DNA of 61,922 bases, filler included, from Choristocarpus tenellus KU-1152 (lineage: Eukaryota; Protista; Phaeophyceae): assembly GCA_964200185.2 (NCBI GenBank). It is 6 parts of 6 records of this genome, joined end to end, with 100 filler letters (N's around TTAATTAATTAA, not from the genome) between each part and the next. Parts side by side here need not be neighbours in the genome. Positions count along the whole stretch, not along the records: positions 15,758 to 35,557 come from CAXNAD020000442.1; positions 35,658 to 42,880 come from CAXNAD020006513.1; 4 more parts are not named here. The stretch is one strand, 5' to 3'. The translations under genes and the position numbers were made by a program. Shown here in pieces: positions 23,330 through 35,944 of this stretch. The notes under the pieces are model-generated. The model had not been told where the DNA came from. It ran no database searches and saw only the letters and a program-made list of their open reading frames with translations. Each line of letters opens with the position of its first letter. The first letter of the stretch is position 1.

Positions 23330-24290
23330 TTTCCATCATCATAATTTTGCTATTCGTATCGGTGCGGGCGTGAAACAACGTAATGAGAACGGCTTCGTAC
23401 CACCTGCATAAAAAATCACGTATCATTTGTAGGGATATATATATATATATATATGTATGTATGTGTGTGTGTGTGTACAACTAATGTGTGTGTGTGTGTG
23501 TACCGAAAGCAAACAAACAAACACACACACACATTAGTTGTACACACACAACATACATGATGCAATTATCTAGAAGTACAAGTACTACTACTGCAATATG
23601 AGCAACAAAATAAATCCATTGTTCCCGTCAGATGAAAGAAAAGGACATACACACAGGCAATTCCAATGGTGGGAGCAAGTAAATGTTCCTATTCGTACAA
23701 GAGGAAAAGAAAGTTCTCTACCATCACTAATAAAAAATGATTATATTTTACTACTACTGAGGCACAAAAAAAAGTGGTGACAGCTCCTCTTCTCTATGCA
23801 ACGTAACAAAAGTACTCTGAAATCTCAAGGGAGTATGTGCATCATCGTAACCATCGGAAACACGGAAGTGAAGCTATCTGCTTCGCTTCTTATCTTTTCC
23901 TCCTATGTTCCAACCTCCCTCGTCCCCTTCCTCATCTGCTCCTCTTTTCTCCTCTCTTCCCTCCCCCAACATCAAGCCAGATCTTGATGGAGGGGGGGAG
24001 GTGCTGGTGTCAACCTTCCCACTGGTGTCCTCCCGAGAGGTCTGTTGTACCAGCCGGGCTTGCTCTTGCTGTTTCTGTTCCCAAAAATTTCGTACAGCAG
24101 CTTTCTGCAGGTCCTCCACAACGTTTGTGCTCTTTCGAAGGGCGCCCCAGTCAAAGCTATCCACGTCGGAATTGATGCCCTTGCTCACAAAGAATTCCTC
24201 ACGCTCCTTAATTAGTTCACCAAAACGATTAATATAAATGCCATATACACCACAATACAAGAACCGCCACAGAAGAAGAATACGTCATGA

Positions 24291-24339
<49 letters not shown>

Positions 24340-27300
24340 TACATATGTATGTAAAATTATGTGCGGATAAGCGCCCCGCCCAATGGTAACATACACACCG
24401 GAGAACAAACAAAGACACACAAGTGAGTCCACAGACATTGGACGGCCACAGGGGGTGGAGGGGGGGGGGGGAGGGAGTAGGGTGAGTAAGTGAGAGATAT
24501 ATAAAAATAGGCATCAAACTTCAAAATGCAGTCTTGCCTTACCAGACCATGAACCCATGAATGGCCAACATCAGAACACTTCACTTCTGTGACCATCGTT
24601 TGTACTATAATAGCAACTAAAAGAAAACGAAGAGGAACCAGACTTGTATGATGGTGTATCACAAAACACATTTATTATGATAGTATACGATGACCCTAAC
24701 CCTAACCCTAACCCCAAACCAAACGGTACAATTGTTTTCGTTGATCCAAGACTAAAACCTGCTTACCCTATTCTTATAGTCATCCACAACACGACCACCC
24801 AGCCTTTGTGACAAGTCTGCTACGCCTCCCTCTGCGCCTCTGTCTCCCAAAGAAAGTCGCTTTGATTGTGTCCCTGTTGTACCCGTTGTACTTCCCCTTC
24901 CTGCAAGATCGGGTGGTCGGTAATTCCGATAAAAATCCGCTTTGTCAGCGGACTGGGGGAAGGAATTGGCTTGGGCAGGTCCCCCCACCCCCCCCTCACT
25001 AACAGAGGAACCTTGTACTGTGGGGGCCCCTTGTTGGGCCGGCGGTTGAGGTAACCCTGAAGTACCAGCTGTAGGAGAAGAAGAAGGAACTGTCCCAGAC
25101 ACATAACCCCCTGGGTAAGTGTATGGGGATGAAGCCGGGGCCGGGGAGATAGGAGTAGGTGCAGGGGTGTTGTAATATGTAGAAGGCCGAGCGGTCTTTG
25201 GCATTGGTGAGGTTGGAGAGGAGGGGGGCTGGGATGCTGTCTGACGTTTTTGGAGCAAAGGTATATCTTGAACTTCAACTTGTCCGGGTTCAGACTTGGG
25301 GTGGTGGGTTGTTGCCGATGGCAGTGGTTCTGGCATATATCTTCCATATCTTGGTGCCCTGTGAAACAAAAAGAACATTCCGCAGTCAATAAGATGGATG
25401 GGGGGGGGGGGGGGGGTTGCAGAAAAAAATAAAACGAGGGGGGGGGGGGAGGGGGGGGGGAAAATGGGGGGGGGCGAACTAGGAGGTTAATAAAGTAATC
25501 TAGGGTTAGGGTTAGGGGTACAGAATAAATTGCTCACAAAGAACTAATACCAGCACACCGTACTGCACTTTCATCCTGACTGTCTAATGAAGGAGAGGGT
25601 CCTCACCTCTCGACCTGACTACTGCCCATATGTATTGCTGTTGCCAAAGATGGACAAGGGAAGGATGACTCTAATTGACTGTTCAAATTGTCTTGGTTAG
25701 ACAGGTCATGCCCATCAACACTTGTCATGTTGATTGTACAAAATTGTGACTCATATATCTCATTGGTTTCTTCAACAAAACTGTTCCAAAGCCAACACCT
25801 TAGAAACAAGACAAACGTACAGCTACAACTCGATAGCATCTCACAAACAATTCCAGCACCCCCTTGCCATCTCAAGGATCAAGATCAACAAAAAAAATCA
25901 CTTATTGTGCCCTCACAAATCTACCCCTTTAACCCTAACCTCACACCTCCCCAGCCCCACACACAAGGCGACCCACCTTAGCCCTTTGGGAGGATACTGT
26001 GGTTTCTCCTTGCTATCCATCTCTGCCTCAGCCCCCACACCAACCTCTTCATTGACCACACCACCAAAGTCAGTCCCACTTCCTACCTCCACACCACTCC
26101 CAATCCTGGTTCCACTCCCACCTCCACTCACAGTTGTGGCCCCACTTTCAGATTCAGTTCCAGTTCCAAGACCAGTCCTAGTCCTGGTCTCGTTCTCAGT
26201 ACCAGTCCCAAGTACATTTCTCATTCCAGTCCTGACCCTCACACCCAGAGTCCCTTCTCCCCCTGCCCTGTTGTCCGGCAGGTACGGACTGAACTTAGCC
26301 TTGGGCTGGTCAGCCTTGCTCTGTTGGCTCCCACCCATTGCACTGTCATTGGCGATCACATGATACCTAGCCATCACCCCTTGTCTACTTGCCTCTTCAT
26401 CTTCCTCCACAACATCCACAAAGCCATCACCCCCTTGTCTTTCCCCTTCGCCTTCCCCCCTCTCTACAACTCCCCCCACAGCCTTGCTTTCGCTCTTGTC
26501 TACAATTCCCACCATATTCCCCTCCCCCTCCCCCTCCACTTCTTTCCATCCCCTGGAAACGCCTTCACCCAAGCTACCATACGCATCGCCATCCCCCTTG
26601 CCCACGGAGTGCAGTAGTTCTACCCCTAACCCTAACCCTCCCTCACCCTCATCGTTTTTTTCTTTTTTACCAATGCCGGCGCTGATCAAACCCAGTTTCC
26701 CCTCACTCTCATCACCCCCAGGCTCACTAGGAGTCAAGGCCGGTTTCTGGGGTACCTCTGCTACCACTGGGGGATGATCAGAACCAGAAAGAGACCCCCG
26801 GTTTGTGAGTACAGGTGTGATGGCATCAATTGCAGAAGACTGACCCCCCCCCCCCCCCAGTACAACTTCAATGGATTGTGGCGGTGATTTTGTGATGGAT
26901 TCAGGGCAGGTACTATTCTTGCCTGCTTGCCCTCGTTCTTGCTTTTCCTTGTTCCCATCCAAACTAGACAAACTAGACAGGTGTGCCTCAGACCGCTGGG
27001 GACATGCGCAGGAGTATACAGGGCTGGGATCAGTGCTACATTACATGTTCATATGATTTGTATAATTTTGTATCAGGGGTTCAGGATAGCAAAGGTTGAG
27101 GTTTAAGGTTTGGGTTAGACGTTTTTCTTTTTTTTGTGTGTGTGTAACCGACAACAGTTACACTTTCTTTCACATCCACTTCTGGAGTCACGAGGTTGGT
27201 GTAAATCCATACGGACCAGGTTGGATGGGCTGTTCTGGGTCTGTGGTACCTGTGATAAAAAAACTATTCAAGAAAATGATAGTCCCTTGTGGAATGAGGT

Positions 27301-30300
27301 GAGGTAATGAAGGTAGTGATGTCTAAGACATGTCGTATCATAGTGATGGTGTTACAAAAAGGTACAGATACCTGACCTAAGGCTTTAAGACAAAGAGACA
27401 CTAAAAGGTATAGAACAAGCAACGTAAGTGGTTTGTGGTCTCAATCATGGACAGCCTTGTCATCAATACACCAAAAAGGGAGGTTGTAGAAAAAATATCA
27501 ATTTTCTTGAAGTTGAAAGACTTGTCACATGTATTAGAGAGAGGGATTTTGGACGAGGAGAGGCATCACCACCCTCTAACCCTAACCCTAACCCTCAAGG
27601 TGATTTAATCATTTGTTCATTTGTTCATGACAGAAAGGACAATTTCAAGGAGGATGGGGGTGGATGAGGAGAGTACCAATTGCAACCCTAACCCTAAGCA
27701 GGAGCAGCAATAGTAATAGTAATAGTAGTAGTAGCAGCAGCAATAAAGGAACTGGGTCATCTCTTGGGAGGTAAATGAGAGGGGTATGTTTTGTCTTTGT
27801 CCTAGGAAAGACAAAAAAAGAACTAATCCTAACCCTAACCCTTCACGTGTGAGGGTCTGATGATGGGGTTAGGATGGACACACATATGAGAGTCAGTGAC
27901 AAGCATTACCATAGATTCGTTTTGAGCTATTGTACACTTGTACCTAGTGTACCTACCAAACAAAAAAAAATGAAAAAAAACTCCATCGTCCTGCTGACAT
28001 TTCTTGAGGTCAAATCGGAGATATCCGCCAATCATATCAAATTAGGGTACTGTCAAGTTAGGGTACTGTCTTGTAAATCTTCGATTGCATTATTTGTTTA
28101 TTCATTTGTATGCACATACAGTTAAATAAATAGTTTAAAGGTAGTTAAACAGTTTCTAGCTTGTGACAGTCAGTGAATGATACTAGTTAACACCAGAGGG
28201 GGAAGACAAATATTTATTATTATTATCTATATTTTTGAAAGATGCATGCCTCTGTTGATTTGAGCTGTCAGTGTTTACTATCTTTTTTTTTTTAATTATT
28301 AAACTTGGTGCTTTTGAATCACTTCATTAATGTCTTTATTATTAATGTCTTCACTATAGGGTTAGGGAGTTGTCTGAACCATGACTGATAATTGCAATTC
28401 AGAACAAATGGTAGATTTCTTACATATTATTTATGCAATGGGTGGTGTTACCTGAGGTAAATCTTGACCCCTACCCTAATAATATAATACCATTGCATAA
28501 TAAGAATCAAGATATGGGAGAAGATGATACTAGATTCCTAAAAAAAAAAGACTAACCAATTCTTTAAATTTCAGTCTGTCCACCCCAAAAGGTACTACTG
28601 TGGGGATGAGATAGTAAATGGCCAATTGTTATAGTTTTCAACAAAGGCGGAAGGCGTAGTTTGTGGTGTATACTTGAACATTTCTCTTTTATTGTTTATT
28701 TTGGTGGGACTACTATTCTCATCTCGAAAGCATCATGCTTTAGGGTTAGGGTTATGGATAAGCGAGATTTTTCTTTTTAACAGGAAATGTAGCCACATTA
28801 AAAACATACCATTGAGCAGTTGTGCTTGATGAGGTTTCAGTATGCTTACATTGAATTCCTGATAGTAGTAGTAGTAGTAATAATAATAACAATAATAATA
28901 CAGTAATAATAATAAAAAAATAAATAAATAATGGTGTGCGCATCACCCTTGTTTGAATCTCAAATCATTTAATAAATATGTTGAATAAAGAAAGAAGTAA
29001 GGTTCACACATTTGAAGTAGGTCTACCTTTAGTATATAGGTTTTTCATTGGGGGGAGGGGGGAGTGAAGGTACCCCCACCACAAAGGTCTCTTGTTTGTC
29101 ATACCACATACATACCTCATACATACCTCATACACACCTCATACGCCTCAATAAACCCTGCAGTCGGTTGATCCCCTAACCCTAACCCTAACCCTGCCTT
29201 AGTATCATTGCTACCTTTTTCCCATCACCACACTATTTTATTATTTTCATTACCATTATTATTTAATATTTATTATTCTAATTTTGGCAAGAACAGCATG
29301 GGGGAGGACCATAAATCCATTCCCAACCAAGTCATTGCAAACCCATACTCCATTTTAGCAGTCACTCAAGCATGTCCCAAGAAGTACCCTCCTCTACCTG
29401 TCTACCAAATTGTATGCAAGTCAAGTCTCTTACCTTTTATGTCTATTGGTTTTGGGTTCACCCTAACCCTAACCTCTTACCCTTACATCTACTGGTACAG
29501 CACACTGAAGTGAAGTAATAATATCAGTACAATTTAACTATTTGTACTCAATCATAATTAAAAAAAATAAACATAAAAAATACATTTACACAGTATTAAT
29601 ATCTAACATAAGTTGGACACCATGTTTTCAATCTCGTCCTCAGGGAACACTATGTTAAAATACATGGCATGATCAAACAGGCAAGGCATGTACTACAAAT
29701 AGTTAAACAAATTACATACACCAGAGTATCAAATAGTTAAACAAAAACTGTCAGTATGACTCATAACCTGATAACTACTGCGACAACTACTGACATACAA
29801 ACAGATGGTGTTATGAATCAAATTATTATTATTAATAATAATAATAATAAACAAAACATATGCGTTCATTTAGGGTCCCTCACTCCCCTTAATCAGCCCT
29901 AACCCTAACCCTAACACAACACCCTTGAAAAAAAGAAAGAGACTGACCTGCAACACCTCTTGTCTTCTCAGTAACATGACTAATTAGTTCCATGAAAAAA
30001 ACACAACCTATGAGATGTGCATCCAAAACACCTCAGCAAAATATCACAATTGTTCTACCTTAACCCTAACCCTAACCCTAACCCCCAACCTCAACCCATA
30101 CCTCTGCCAATTGCTGCGCCTCCATTAGCTGCTCCTCCAATCCCACAACCACCTCACCACCAGGGGTACTATCAGGGGTTGAGGCATTGTTGGGTTCCTC
30201 TTGATGACTTGACAGACTTGAGTTCCCTGTTGGTGTATCTACTTCAAGCTTCCTGCGAGCCTCTATCACCTGTACAAAAACATCCAATCACATCACAAAG

Positions 30301-32380
30301 ACATATGGAATATGTGTTGTAAGTTATGTTATAGGGTGTGTTATCAGATGTGTTGTAAGTTATGTTATAGGGTGTGTTATCAGATGTGTTGTAAGATATG
30401 TTATAGGATGTGTTATCAGATGCAGCGGAGCGAAAGGGCAATAATAAAAATATTTTACTCTCTTCATTATTGTATGTATAGCACAAGACCCAAGGGAGGT
30501 TGAGGACAGTCCAATAACAACAATAATAGCAATCTAAATAATAATAATAATAATAATAATAAAAGATGGCAGTTAGGTGTTGGGTGTGAAATGTAATGCA
30601 TACCATAATTAAGGTTAGGGATATCGGTGAATATTGAGATTGAGTCAAATAATAAAAATATGTAACATAGTAACATCCTTGTTGTACTTGTATATAATAA
30701 TGGCAGTTGAAAGTGCCTGGATGACCTCCTAGTACATTTCTTACTAGTTATTGGTAAATAATAACAACAATAATAGTAATAGTAACACTATCGTTTTATT
30801 TTAATTCACAATCTTATTAGTTGGTATATCTAGAGGAACAGAAATCATCACTCTCACCATTTTTTTTTTTTTTCCTTTTCCAGATAACTTACCTCATGTT
30901 ACGATATGTTACAGTATGTTATGATATGTTACGATAATCGACTTACCCAATACCCTGCAAACATCACATCCTGAAGGAGGTGTTGGCTGTTGCACTGGTA
31001 AGGAGAGTGCTACTAGTTGACTCCCCACCTCCCCTAACCCTAACCCTATGTATGCACATACCTAAAGTAAATAAATTGGTAAATAAATAGAAAAAAAACT
31101 TGTACCAACTAAACACAATGGAACAAAAAGTTAAAAATGTGAATACAAAAAGTTAAAAGGTACTGCAGTAGCAATAGCAATAGTAATAGTATGATTTTTA
31201 TTTCCAGTTATGATATAAACAGTAACAATAATAATACATCTATTTATTATAAATATTTCATGGGCCCTAACCCTAACCCTATCATGGTGGGAGAGGAAAG
31301 AAGCAACAGGTGTAATGCAAATATTACTAACAATATCAATATCATTAATATACTATCAAACACAAAAACAGATAGGGTCAAGGTGTGTTACACCTTCCTG
31401 CCCATTTCATGGTTGTTTATTCGAGCAAACCAGAGGGGGTATAGTACACACTATAGTATAGTATAGTATAGTATAGTATACTAACCAGAGTATATACTAC
31501 AAATTCCATAAAGACATCCAAACATTTTCTTGCCCTCTGAATGCCAATCAAGTTAAGGTCAACATTAGGGTTAGGGTTAGTAAAGGGGACTTCTTCATTC
31601 ACCATTTGGAATAGTACACTTCTCATTCCCATTTAGTGCCATTTAGTATCATTTCCAGTGATACTGTATTGTATGCATATTTTACTTTTAATATGTTTCT
31701 TAGAGTAAAACAAAAAACATTGGTGTGCTCTTCTTCTGCAAATTATTTTTATTATTATTATTTCTATTATTATTATTATTACCCAACACACAAGTTGTCT
31801 GCAATTCCATCCATCCATCCATATCATGAGTCACCCCACTCAATGAAAAGAGGATGAACTGTTACAAACAACCTCACATGTATTCATACCACTACTATAA
31901 AAGTAATATGTCATATTACATCATACTATATCATTCAAATAAAAATATTGTAAGAATAGAATCAAATCCAAACGATCCAGGCGCATCCTTCCCCAAAAAT
32001 TACATTTTAAAAAAAGAGAGAAATTTCCAAGAAACTTCTTCCATCACTTACCCACCCTTGTACTTCAAACACAGTTTAAAAAAATTGAAACGGAAATAGA
32101 CTATTGATAAAGAAAAACAATAAAGGTGTCTTACACTGTCACATCTTTCAATTAAGAAAAACAGAAAAACCCCTAGTACTCTGTATGTAGTATCTAAGTA
32201 TAATACTTACATTAAATACCCCCCCCCCCCCCCAAACGTTCTGTGTAGTAAGATTAATTATCCCATACACCAGGCACTACTCACCTTGGAGAGTATCTGT
32301 GCTGTCTCTATCAAGTTCTCACTTGGACTAACCCTAACCTCCTCTTCACGAAGCTCAGCTCTCTTAAAAAAAAACCATAA
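23330..32380 (-). CDS. Multi-exon gene of unknown function with long low-complexity (Gly/Glu- and Pro/Ser-rich) exons
   Basis: Long ORFs 25913-26971 and 24752-25378 join in phase (CTAAG|GT ... CAG|G); further exon-like segments near 32375-32285 (..TAQILSK|GTGAG), 30269-30158 (VIEARRKLE..), 24200-24050 and 23400. The full chain could not be phased; extent uncertain. Confidence 0.45.
30311..30422 (+). repeat. 36-bp minisatellite (12-bp subunits) about 3 copies
   Basis: ATGTGTTGTAAGTTATGTTATAGGGTGTGTTATCAG repeated. Confidence 0.85.
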
Positions 32381-33049
32381 AAAATCGTAAAGTGAAAGAT
32401 GAAGGGTTCATTAGTGTTCATACACTAGTTGATCAATTGACTTCTCTTCCCCTGCCCAAGTCGGAATTGTTGTATAAATCAATTGTTGTTTAAATTTGTA
32501 TCGAGTTATTCCAAGCATGGGTGCGTAATTGGTTAGGGATAGGGTTAGGGTTACTCCAACACACCTCTCCATGTTATGTACAACCTGTAGCCAATAAATA
32601 AACATCTGATCATAATGTGTAACAGTGGAATTCAAGTCAATAAAGTTAAATGACTGCCATGCTATAATAACAATAACTGTGACAGTATATAGAGTACATT
32701 ACTCCTTACTAGGGATAGTCAAGATGATAGATGTATTGGAGACCGGTGTGGTCATATTCCCACAAAGAGTAGACTATACATACACATACATACACATAAT
32801 GCCTGCATACATTGAACACCTCAAGAAAAAGATGAATAAACCAATCAAAGTAGAAGGACTGCAATTACAATGAACACAAACTTTATTATTATTATCTATA
32901 ATAATCCACAAGATGTGATAAAAATGAGACCTCTTTTCTTTTTCTTTACCTTGCTGTTGGTCAATGAACAGTAACGCCATGACAAGGCTATAACAACTGA
33001 CAATGATCATGTTTTCGGCAAGGGTGTGTGTTTTACAAGTGTGTAATGT

Positions 33050-33222
33050 AACCATATCAGTAATACTAATATCAGTAACAATAATAATAATAACATCAAT
33101 AATAATAATAATAATATCAGTAACAATAATAATAGTAATATCAGTAATAATAATAACAATAATATTAATATCAGTAACAATAATAATAAAAATAACAATA
33201 ATATCAGTAATAATAATAATAA
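33050..33222 (+). repeat. Degenerate (TAA)n microsatellite with recurring ATCAG interruptions
   Basis: Directly visible; source of spurious poly-Ile/poly-Leu ORFs. Confidence 0.85.
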
Positions 33223-33556
33223 GCAGTGTACACGACAATAAAAAGAAAAAGGGGAAGCAAAGGGCTGCAACAATAAGTGTTAATACTACTGCTAATATTA
33301 AAATAATAATAACAATAACGATGTTTGAGGTGGTGTTGTGAGAAGACTAAATGTAACTCAAGGTTTGTTTGTTAAATGCATTCTTCTCTACCTCCTGAAT
33401 TATATATTGAAATAGATTGAAATGAAATTAGTGAACATCAAGGACCACAGAAGAGAGGACAAATATGACCCAATGAAAAGAGTCAATGAAAGGAGCAGTA
33501 CTAGTGATAGAAGTGATAGAAGTAGGAACTGTCATAGTGCAATGGTAGTGGGGGGG

Positions 33557-33770
33557 TTAGGGTTAGGGTTAGGGTTAGAGTAGAGTAGAGTAGAGAAGGG
33601 TAGAGAAGAGAAGGGTAGAGTAGAGTAGAGTAGAGTAGAGAAGAGAAGGGTAGAGTAGAGTAGAGTAGAGAAGAGAAGGGTAGAGTAGAGTAGAGTAGAG
33701 AAGAGAAGGGTAGAGTAGAGAAGAGTAGGGTAGAGTAAAGAAGAGAAGGGTAGAGTAGAGAAGAGAAGAG
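33557..33770 (+). repeat. (TTAGGG)3 grading into a purine-rich 5-bp satellite (GTAGA/GAAGA/GAAGG)
   Basis: Directly visible; 30-bp higher-order unit. Confidence 0.85.
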
Positions 33771-35374
33771 ATGTGCGTCAGAGAGATATTGATGGTACCA
33801 ACAGGGTTTGTTTTTTTGTATGATAAAAAATGTCTCAGTTTATACTAAATGTTTATACTCTGCCTTGCTACCACTAGAAAAAGTGGTATAATCACAATAC
33901 TTGGTATTATTATTATTTCTTAAACAGTGTTTTCTTTTTATTTTGGAGAAAGTTCAAAGAGCCGTGCATAAGAGAAAAAATACAGAAATAAAATTCTCAG
34001 TATTTTCTTCCAGAGTTCATCTGTTGCGATCTTACACACATACAACTGCTCTCTGTCGGAAATTTCTTTTTCCTCTTTTCTTAGTTGAAGCTGGTGTCTT
34101 CACAGCAGGAGCATTATTTAACTTCTTAGGGTTAGGGTTAGGGTTAGGGTCAATAAATTTCTGTATTGTTCTCTTTTCTTAGTGAGAGGTTGACACAAGC
34201 ATCCACATGACGAGATCTGACAGGTGTGAAATAATAATAACAAAAATAATGTTAAATGTTTTTGTTCCTATTTGTAAGCTTGAGATAATAATAATAATAA
34301 TAATAATATTTTCAACACCAAAAAAAAAGGTTTTTCTTTCTGATGCGAGGAATGCCTCCCAAAGTTTTACAAAATCAGGTTACCTGATAAAAAATAAAAA
34401 TTGTTCCCAAGTAGTGCATAAGACCAACAATATTGTTGACAGATGAGGACAGAATGGTCCTTCAGGGTGTGTCACTACTGCGAAAATAATAATATAATAT
34501 ATATATATTAACAAAAAATGTGATCGATGAGGAGGAAGGGTATCACCAATACTCAAAGAAAGTATAAATAACAATTAAAAAAAAGCAGCGCGATGGCCAT
34601 GTCAATTCCAAGGTACACCTTAGTGGCGCCTTCCCTATCCAAAAAAGGTATACCCCAGAGTCAGCTCGTTGTTCATGAATGATACACATAGACCTCATAC
34701 CCGTTAGTGTAGAGGGGCAGATGGGGGTATACCTTTTTTTAGTTGGCCACTGATTGCAAAGTTAATTCAGTATCCACTGATTGCGCTAGCCAACTCAGGA
34801 AAATGCCTCCATATACAGGAAGTGGAACTCCCTCGGTTTTCACACGCCTCTATATACAAATGACTCTCACCACCCCCCCCACTGAAGTACAGCATAGTAT
34901 GTATGGATAGTAGGTACTATTGCTAAATGATAGTTGTACTGGGAATGTACACAAACACTCTAGTCAAATAACACATGTAAAAATTGTTTCAAAATCCCAC
35001 ATGATACATGTCTCTCAATGTATATATATATATATATATATATATTCCTGTGCATATATACACATACTCTATAGGTAAGAGAGTGTAGTGCATACAAAAT
35101 ATGCAGATAAAACTCAGTATTAAAAAAATAAAATCACCACACAAATAGAGAAATAGATACCATTCCATTCCATGTTTAAAAACAAAAGCAGTAAATCTTG
35201 ATTACACATATCCCTAACCCTAACCACATCACATAGATCAAAATAAATGAAATAAAACATCATTGGAATTTTGTCAACATAGAGTAAACACCTAGGACTA
35301 AAAAAATAATAATAAAAAAGAATACCTCATTGCATGTACACCCAGCATATACCAAATGAACATATGTCACTATT

Positions 35375-35550
35375 GGCTCAAAGTATCTGGGGGGGGGGGA
35401 GGTGGCGGTTGTCCAATCGGAGACAATTTTTTCATGTCATGATTTTTGTGTGATTTGGTTGCATACGTCTGATGGATAATGTAAATTCACTTTTCCTGCT
35501 TTTGGCCCAAATGGACACCCTGGTGTAGCAAAAACCCCCCTCCCCATCAA
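35375..35550 (+). mobile_element. MITE family B, 3' end lost at contig break
   Basis: GGCTCAAAGTATCTGGGGG...CCCAAATGGACACCCTGGTGTAG, homologous to 50661 and 53325. Confidence 0.8.
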
Positions 35551-35657
35551 CCTCGTTNNNNNNNNNNNNNNNNNNNNNNNNNNNNNNNNNNNNNNNNNNN
35601 NTTAATTAATTAANNNNNNNNNNNNNNNNNNNNNNNNNNNNNNNNNNNNNNNNNNNN

Positions 35658-35843
35658 TGGCTATTGTGTTTGTTAGGAAGTGTCAATATCCTTGTTGGGG
35701 ACACACCTTTTCATAACGTATACATTTTATCTACTACGAAATATTCTGGACTAGGCAAATGTCAGAAACCCCCCCCTGAGGGAAGCCAAGCCCCAAATGG
35801 ACAAACAGGGCAAAACTTGTACCCTCAGAAGATACTTTCACTC
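35658..35843 (+). mobile_element. MITE family A, 5'-truncated by contig start
   Basis: Ends CCCCAAATGGACAAACAGGGCAAAACTTGTACCCTCAGAAGATACTTTCACTC. Confidence 0.85.
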
Positions 35844-35944
35844 AGAATGTAATTGAGAGGATCAAGGTATTTCTTTCATTTCCTCCAAGAGATGCTTCAG
35901 TTCTGTTTTTCATAGAGCAACATTTTATTTATTTTCCCCAATAG

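Noticed and set aside
32774-33341. Poly-Ile/poly-Leu ORFs resembling membrane proteins
   Set aside because: Translations of a (TAA)n microsatellite.
35550-35660. MITE B and MITE A apparently fused across a gap (also 58176-58357)
   Set aside because: Contigs simply break inside high-copy MITEs and are joined by the linker.
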